Positions 56,447-64,000 of a stretch of DNA of 64,000 nucleotides are shown here, in pieces. The stretch lies in NCBI RefSeq assembly GCF_026571515.1, contig NW_026864809.1, forward strand, positions 124,001 to 188,000, read 5' to 3'. Numbering within the stretch: the stretch's first letter is position 1; the number at the start of each line of letters is the position of its first letter. The notes beneath the pieces are model-generated. The model made no database searches and was not told where the DNA came from. It worked only from the letters and a program-made list of their open reading frames with translations. This DNA comes from Ruditapes philippinarum (taxonomy: Eukaryota). The position numbers were made by a program, and so were the translations under genes.

Positions 56447-56920
56447 AGAATACAAGTTACCTGTATGTCTGTCTCAACAGCCATTTGTTACTAATAATAG
56501 ATTTTATAACAATAACATACAACGTGTAGTCACGTGATTCTTACAAAATAAACAGGGAGAAATAGTTTATAACTAAATAAAATAAAAAATAGAATAGGTC
56601 TCATAAGATAAAAACAACCAGATAATTTAAAGTGTCATTTCAAATATCATGCATAATTTATTTATCATAAAATAGCAAGGCTTGACACTTTGAAATAAGT
56701 AAAAGTATCCCTAAATTCAATGACTTATCCATAGGGATACATCATTAATTCATTTTATAAAAATTGTATTGTTGCTTTTTAAGATGTCAATATTTGAATA
56801 TTTCATTTCATTGAGCAACTTTGTATGTTTGAATTTTTGAGATTACTGAAAACAATTGTAGTCATTAATTGTTCAGTAATTGATATGCTTTTATTTACAG
56901 ATTTTAAGGCCTTCTCCTAC

Positions 56921-57025
56921 GCAACGGGATAGCGGGGGCGTTATTGTGTATTTCAAAGAAATTTACCGTAACGCCGTCGAGTTAGTGTCATTAAATGTAA
57001 ACGGTATTCTTTGTATTAAAAAAAT
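56921..57025 (+). mobile_element. Short LINE apurinic-endonuclease fragment
   Basis: QRDSGGVIVYFKE...VELVSLNVNGILCIK resembles the GGV-x-x-Y motif region of non-LTR retrotransposon endonucleases; absent from the opposite arm. Confidence 0.55.
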
Positions 57026-57954
57026 AGATAGATATTCTTTATTTCCTCCATTTAGAAGAGCATATTGATCATATGTACAAATATAATATAATCGTGACAT
57101 ATTTACAAATATTACAGTTACATATATAACAGTTTTATATGATATTAACATTGTTTCAAACATATTCATACATCCTGTAATCGTATATGGTTTTAGAAGC
57201 GGATATTTACAACCATTACAAACAAATTTGAACAATTTTCAAGTGATGTAGCTAGAGATAAAACTTTTGTAACAAATGCGAAGAATGCGGCGTGTTTCCT
57301 TCAGTTTTATTTAGAAATATGGGAGAGACGCCTGTCCGCAAAAGTTCGTAAGTACTAAAGAGGGGCGGGGCGTCATGCATGATGTCTGGAATTTTGGCAA
57401 CGAACGCCCTCCATACATGTCTAGCATTTTTGATTGTACATACAAACTTGTAAATTTTTTGTTGTATTCCATGTTAAGTAAACGATCTATATGTAAACTT
57501 TGTTATATAAAGACGGGAACCCTCAATTACAGGCATATTATGTGCTATGCACGGGTACAATAAAAAATGGTAGGCATACAAGTTGGAATACTTTACATGT
57601 CTGGAATTTTGACAACAAACGCCCTCCATATGACACCATGGGTCAATTTTAAACGGGGTCAAAATTTTATATTCCGGCCCTGCCCATGTGTTAGTGCATT
57701 CTCAAAGAAAGCTATACCATTAGATGCGGAATTAATTTTGGAAAAAAAAACATAAAGCTCAACAACCGTGCGATTATTACGCGACACCAGTCAATGAACT
57801 AATAAATGACTAATGTATGCTGACGACACATTGCATTGTGGGTAATTCACTGTTCAGAACGAGGTAAAGTAGGGCAGTGTGTATTGGAAGAGGAAATTGA
57901 CAACGTCACATTTCTAAATTATTTTGCATCTCATGTGTTTACATGTACAAAACA

Positions 57955-57973
57955 ATGGATGACAATGCCATGG
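57955..57973 (+). CDS. RXR: RXR coding exon 1 (MDDNAM + first base of E)
   Basis: aaaacaATGGATGACAATGCCATGG|gtatgt: A-rich start context and canonical donor. The phase-1 join to the 61554 acceptor gives [22 protein letters not shown], resembling molluscan RXR N-termini. Confidence 0.8.
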
Positions 57974-58253
57974 GTATGTACATCTTAAATAATTATATTA
58001 TAATTTAGTCTTTGATTAGATGTTCATTGTCGTTTAGAGAAGCAAACTTAGATTTTACTCAAAATTCCCCGATGTTTGTGGTCGCCATTTTGGATCGGAT
58101 TGAAACGAAATTTTCTATCGGCAGACTCTTGCTTACACATATAATATGGCTAGGTAGAATGTTACGATCATCATATTATTGTATTTGTAACATGTGCAGT
58201 TTGTGCTAATTGGATTATTTATGCATGCTTGCGGTCAAGACAAAAAACTTCGT

Positions 58254-58317
58254 GGGTCAACAGAGGTCATGTTTTGGTTCGAGTTGCCCTCGGTATGAAC
58301 CGTTGAACTTATGAACT
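58254..58317. promoter_or_regulatory. Cluster of nuclear-receptor response elements in RXR intron 1 (DR4 on +; DR2-DR2-DR5 on -)
   Basis: GGGTCA-acag-AGGTCA at 58254-58269 and TGCCCT-cggta-TGAACC-gt-TGAACT-ta-TGAACT at 58285-58317. Confidence 0.6.
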
Positions 58318-58786
58318 CTAAATTGTTGTGATTCGATTACGCAATATATATCGCCACAATGCAAATTTTATATGTGTACTGAGGTAAAAAGGAATTTCAA
58401 CTTTTTTGCAATGAGTTTTATTTCAAAATAGATACATCTTTTTAATTCTTAATATATAGATCTAGATACATCAAGAACAAATAATATGGTGCTAAATTAT
58501 AGTATAGTATACAAGCATTAGTTAGTATCTTGGTGCAACCATACCTTCCATTCAACTTGACTTTAATGGGGTTACTCGACAATATCCACCAGGTAGACAT
58601 CCACGTCGAGTAGGTGAGGACTGTACATCGGTGTAGAGTGGTGTGTTCCGACATAAATTTTAAAACTATATTACACAATTCTATCTGGAGTTAGTGTACC
58701 AGGTTTTGTAAAATAAGAAAATCATTTCACTCATCTTAATTGATATTCAATCCATCTTCCATTGAGTCAAAACACTGCTGGAGACC

Positions 58787-60273
58787 GGTAAAGAATCAAC
58801 TCGGCCCTATAGGCTATACCAAAATGGCTAAGGTTAACTCGGCCCACTTAAGAAAAAAACATATTTAATGTGTTAACTCTTTCTAATGTCTTGGATGGTT
58901 TCAAGGCAAACTGATTTTAATGAAAAATAAGAGATATCTGGTATATCATTATATAATTGTACATTGTACTTCTGCAGAATTTTAGTATATTAAGAAGAAA
59001 TTTGTTACGTTTATTCTTGCAGATTCGTTAAAAATAACTATAATACAAATGTGTTCCCTTTGATGCTTTTTTGTTTGTAAAGTTATCTACATTAAAATAT
59101 GAAATAAAAACGTGTTTACTTATTATCATAAGCTTCTTATTAGGCCATAGAAAATTAATCTTTAGACTCTCATCCAGGTTCAAGAAATAATTGGGGCGGG
59201 TGGGCGGAATTTATAATTTATAATTTATTTTATCCATCACTTTTAAGACCTGAAAAAAAAACAGAAATGTATGAATATATTGATGAATGTCGCATCATTT
59301 CCACCCAGATTTTGATCAAAACTAAACCCAAACCAATCACAAACAGTTTTCTTGTTTTACTGAATCATATATTTCACATATGACGAACATTTTGACAATT
59401 TTACTGATCGAAAACGAACGTATTTAAAATCTTGATCACTAGACGCTGTAAACCTCAGTCTGAGTTTTATGTGTTCGTCCCGCGAATATTCAACCACGAT
59501 TTTCGGACGAATTTTCGTCCACAGACGTCTGCAAAATCATGCAGGGTTCCCGCTGTCGATCGCCAATGGCTTCAAATGCGACAAAATATTAATTCTGGCG
59601 CATAAAATCTTTAAATTTGCGAATTTAACTGGCGCCAACGTAAGATAAAAGCATCCGACAACTAGTACACTTAAATGTCATAAGCGGCCGCGTCAATTAC
59701 ATAAGCAGCCCAAATGTGAAAGGTCACGCACTATTAGTTTGTTTATCAAACTGTATAATCGGGTACCGTATTCAATTGTGTGACACTTCGGGAACATGTG
59801 AAGATGAAACTAATTTTGACCCAGAGGGAACCCTGGAAATGAACAATTTTTTTTTATGAAAATAAATTATTTTGGGGCGGAAAGATTTTGATACGGGCGG
59901 GCGGGGATGAGAGTCTAAAGATTAATTTTCTGTGGCCTTAGTTGCAGGTGGTCATTAATCAAATTTGAATAATAACAATTAACATGCAACTTATTTTGCA
60001 ATGCCACAAGGATGGCTTGTAATAAGGTTTTATTACCCAAATCATTGAAAACTCTTTCATTACCAAAAATGTTATCATAATTTAAGAAAACATCTTTCCA
60101 CGTCTAAAAAGTCTATATATAAATCATATAGTTCCAACAATAAGGAGTGTATAAAACAAACCAATAAATTAATAAATTAAAAAAGTGGACCGAGTTGACC
60201 CGTACCGAGTTGGAATAGGACCGAGCTGACACTGGCGCCGAGTATTTTTTAAGGCCGAGCTGACCCTTATTCC
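58787..60273. mobile_element. Old TIR element with subterminal ACTCGGYC repeats (superfamily unassigned)
   Basis: aactcggccc motifs at the left and multiple ccgagttg/ccgagctg motifs at the right; imperfect GG..CC ends. Confidence 0.6.
59143..59937. mobile_element. GGCC-ended TIR element with TTA duplication (Zator- or Harbinger-like), nested in the previous element
   Basis: TTA|GGCCATAGAAAATTAATCTTTAGACTCTCATCC...GGATGAGAGTCTAAAGATTAATTTTCTGTGGCC|TTA. Confidence 0.85.
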
Positions 60274-60439
60274 TAGGGACTAGACTGCATGTTATTGTTA
60301 AGACGGATAAAACAGGTATAAAAGCAGAATCAAATTTTTAAAACATAAAAGAAGGGTTGTTGTGTCTAGGGTGAGACATGTTCAATCAGGGTAACAGCCA
60401 TACTGAGTATAGAGAACATTTACTAGCAAGGAAAACATA

Positions 60440-61500
60440 CTTTTTGTGTTGCCTTTACAAAGTAGTGGTGACATAAAGGAATCACTTCTCCATCGTCTGA
60501 CCGTCACAAAACTGGTCAGGACTACTCCTCAAAAACTTATTGTGCAATTTCATCCAAACTTTACAGGACTGATCAGTACCAAGTCTAGTTGTGCATATCA
60601 TTGACATTTTCCGGTTCAATGATTTTGCCAGAGTTATAGATTTTTATTGTCCAGATTAAGTTTGTACTTTTATTCCACTAGCGCAATTTCAATGAAACTT
60701 TGCAGAATTGATTGGTAGCTCAAGTACTTGTGCATATTAACCCTTTCCCCCATGAGCATATTGTGAAAAATGGCCGTTTTCACTGAAAAGCCTCCTGTTA
60801 CAAGTTCAAACTGCTATGAAACTATGAAAAATGCTTCAATACTAATCAAACTTGGCACAAATGTTGACTGGACCATTGCCTTTGTAACGACATGCTCAGT
60901 CTTAAATTTCCTGTTACCATGGCAACGAGGGGTCATCTCAAAATTGCCAAAAATCACTATTTTGCCTCGATTTTTTCCATCAAAATTTATTTCAAAGTGC
61001 TGCAACTTCTCAAGGGATTGAGATAGAGTCAAAGGCTTTTCAGCGTTTGTTACACGTTACATTATGATCAACCTGGGGTCATTTTTAGCCTCTCACAAGT
61101 CCAAAATTTTCTTGGTGATGAGGGGGACTCCGCCCCCCTTCAAACCCCCCTAACAGAAGGGGGCACATCCCCCTTCTGGCAACCCCCTGATGTATCTTTT
61201 GGATGGGGGGCGGCGCCGAAAATGTGCTCATTTTTTTAAGCAACATTTCTCAAACGAAAACTTGTGTTTGGGGCCCAAATAGGACATTTTTTCACTATTT
61301 GAGGCCTAAAAAAAGGGGGGGGGTCGAAAGTGCGTTGTTTCGCGTATATATGAGGTAAAGGGTTAAACAGAATTTCCGGTTGAATGAGGAGTTATGGTCC
61401 TCAAATAAATAATGTGTTTGACCTGTAAATATTTTTTGTGTCTCCTGCTACACAATAGCTGCAACATGCAATTGGCTAATATCAGGTGACAGGTGATCAT
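60440..61500 (+). mobile_element. HINE-like element interrupted by the piggyBac-type insertion
   Basis: Typical motifs (caatttcatccaaactttacag, ttcaatgaaactttgcag, gagttatgg) continue on both sides of the TTAA insertion. Confidence 0.55.
60741..61362 (+). mobile_element. piggyBac-type non-autonomous element of the same family, nested in a HINE in RXR intron 1
   Basis: TTAA|CCCTTT...AAAGGG|TTAA. Confidence 0.85.
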
Positions 61501-61553
61501 TAATATCGCTTTTGTCATTGCTCATTAAAGAATTGTTGTTTTTTTTCTTTCAG

Positions 61554-61959
61554 AGTCTTTAGAAAGTAGTGTTAGCAGTGGTCCCGGGATGTCAATGGGA
61601 ATGGACATGGGTGGTATGGGGATGACAAGTCCCATTTCTTCTGTCGGTTCAATGTCACCCGGAATGTCTTCACCTGATATAAAACCCGATATTACGTCAT
61701 TGTCTGTAACATCGCCTCCCGGATCCTACTTCAGTTACGGAATGCATCAAGGCATGAATTCACAATCTGGTTCAATACATTCTCCACCATTACACTCGCC
61801 ATCATCGTCAGTACAGTCTCCTACAATGATGTCCATTGGGTCGCCTGGCTCTGTTGGTTCACCACCAAATCCTCACATGCCTCATACAACCCTGAGTAAC
61901 AAACACATATGTGCGATATGTGGGGACAGAGCTTCTGGAAAACATTACGGTGTTTATAG
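61554..61959 (+). CDS. RXR: RXR coding exon 2: Ser/Pro/Met-rich A/B domain (PDIKPD motif) and start of zinc finger 1
   Basis: Acceptor ttttctttcag|AG; translation ends [20 protein letters not shown]; donor AG|gtaaga. Confidence 0.97.
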
Positions 61960-62397
61960 GTAAGATCATTCAGTTCACTGAATTTCAGTTTTTTAAAGCC
62001 TGTTTTTAGAAAAGATTATGATCTATAGGCAATGTTAAGAGCCTCAAAGGTAAAACAGAGCATTGTTAGTGATTTATTGATTTCACTTATATAACAGAGA
62101 CCTATATAAGGCCTCTCTGTAATGGAAATTTTCTTTATTATCATGCAGTTTTACCAAAAATCTTAACCAGGTTTTTTAATTCCCAAATTAGCAATTTTAG
62201 TGATAACTTTTCCTAAAATCATGAGGGTAAGGCCTGTTCCCATTTAAAAGAGAAAAACAGCTGACTATTAATTTACACACTAAAATGACATTGTGCACTT
62301 AACTTCACAGAAAATGCATAATAATTGTTTCCAGTACATGAGGATGGAAAATAAGTCTCAAGTTTTATCAATAAATTATTCTTTTCTTTTGTCACAG

Positions 62398-62555
62398 TTG
62401 TGAAGGATGTAAAGGATTCTTTAAGCGCACAGTAAGGAAGGACCTGACCTATGCTTGCAGGGATGACAGAAATTGCATGATTGACAAACGACAAAGAAAT
62501 CGTTGCCAGTACTGTAGATATATGAAATGTCTTTCAATGGGCATGAAACGTGAAG
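62398..62555 (+). CDS. RXR: RXR coding exon 3: remainder of the DNA-binding domain; gene continues beyond the window
   Basis: Acceptor gtcacag|T; translates [52 protein letters not shown] (RXR P-box CEGCKG); donor G|gtatgt. Confidence 0.98.
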
Positions 62556-62814
62556 GTATGTCTATATGTATATGAAGAGTGGAATTTTTTGTGTGTGCTT
62601 TCTTAACCTGGATACATACAGCTCTCTGTAAGCTTTTTTGGTTGCTAGAATTCTGTTGTAATTCCTGTAGCTAATTTTCTCAAACTTCATTGAAAAATTC
62701 ATTTGCAATCAGGTTAAATTTTTAATCAAATTTATGCTTACGATTCCTTGATCATTGTGCCAGAATGAGAAAATTATATAATAAAGATAATAAGTAACCT
62801 CTTAGTCTTACCAT

Positions 62815-63142
62815 AAAGCAGTGCATTACATTTATACAAACATAGATTACTTTAAAAATTGAGCATTACTTTAATACAAACATTGAATTACCTTAAAAAT
62901 TGAGCATTACTTTTATAGAAACATTGAATTACCATAAAAAATTGAGCATTACTTTTATACAAACATTGAATTACCTTAAAAATTGAGCATTACTTTAATA
63001 CAAACATTGAATTACCTTAAAAAATTGAGCATTACTTTTGTACAAACATTGAATTACCTTAAAAAATTGAGCATTACTTTTATACAAACATTGAATTATC
63101 TAAAATATTGTGCATTACTTTTATACAAACATTGAATTTCCT
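62815..63142. repeat. 41-43-bp minisatellite, about 8 copies, in an RXR intron
   Basis: Unit AAAATTGAGCATTACTTTTATACAAACATTGAATTACCTTA. Confidence 0.95.
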
Positions 63143-64000
63143 GCAATTGTTACCAGTATTCTTTAACATAAATAAGAGTTGACTTTACCTTTAATAAGTT
63201 GTGTTTAATTTGTTGTAATGAACCTGCTTTTTATGCAGACATTCTGAAAAGTGTCAGTCTGTTGCCAATTATAGAAATAGAATAAAAAAAAGTCCAAAAT
63301 AGCAAAATTTTAAATGTTGCAGTCTCATTGTGATTACTGATAGCATTAAATTGTACTACAAATTTTTGTTAAACTTGCTAGCTCTGATCCTAATTTGCTT
63401 ACAGTTGCTTGTTGTTTGAATGTAGTTTTGTAATAAACTTGTTTTTATCATGGAAGATATTGATCAGTATTTATCACTTAAAATCTACTGAAATTTGAAA
63501 TTATTATTAGTATAATGTTACCACTCGAAAATGAAAAACACATCAAGACCAGTCTAAAAATAGCACACAATGTCCGTGATTGTTCATGTACAAAATTTAA
63601 TTAAGTTGATAAAACTTTAATATTCAGATGTATCTTATGATCTTTATCAAAACTTAAACAAATAATAAAAAAAACAACTTTGTAAATCTTGCTCAAACAA
63701 TATCAAATATAATTACATTAATTATGTAGTACACAAAATAACACCAGACAATTTTTCATCAAATAAAGTAAGTGAATAGACTTTTCTGAAATGCAAGCAT
63801 TAAATGATTGATATTCTGGCAATGCACAAGCACAGTTCCAGGCTCATTCTTTACCTTCATCTGTAGTTTTCCAAACAAATATAAGATCTTTTGTGAAAAT
63901 ACTACTATGAGTAAAGCAGATTTACAGAAAAAGGCCATGATTGATTTGATTTAAGATAAACAAACCTATTGTAAAAATACTACTGTAAGTAAAGCAAGAT

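Larger units (their letters stand above)
52650..57630. mobile_element. Second IS3EU-type non-autonomous foldback element, about 5.0 kb, directly upstream of RXR
   Basis: TATGGAGGGCGTTTGTTG...CAACAAACGCCCTCCATA ends; TGACAC on both sides (52644-52649, 57631-57636); inverted homology 52710-52930 vs 57425-57630 and 54285-54750 vs 56450-56920. Confidence 0.8.

Noticed and set aside
62273-62494. Minus-strand 73-aa ORF
   Set aside because: Antisense shadow of RXR exon 3.

Overview
AT-rich, repeat-dense eukaryotic genomic DNA. The RXR sequence and repeat types point to a bivalve mollusc, possibly a venerid clam (inferred). The only recognisable host gene is retinoid X receptor (RXR, + strand): coding exons at 57955-57973, 61554-61959 and 62398-62555, continuing past the window. 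Its first intron has a tight cluster of nuclear-receptor half-sites (DR4, DR5, DR2, DR2). On the - strand there are three paralogous exons (about 20.5, 33.5 and 37.2 kb). Each encodes a signal peptide plus a conserved NEVGHPCxDCYM...NKT segment of a secreted protein I do not recognise, and I found no conserved second exon between them. The most striking structures are two multi-kb IS3EU-type elements with TAY..RTA ends and perfect 6-bp target duplications, both built from long inverted arms. The first (24243-33423) is two degenerate transposase-bearing copies facing inward around about 6 kb of other DNA, like a bacterial composite transposon, inserted next to one paralogous exon. The second (52650-57630) ends 324 bp before the RXR start codon. 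The rest is mariner-, piggyBac-, Harbinger- and Helentron-type non-autonomous elements, a Gypsy RT relic, minisatellites and old repeat blocks. Most ORFs in the supplied track are spurious.
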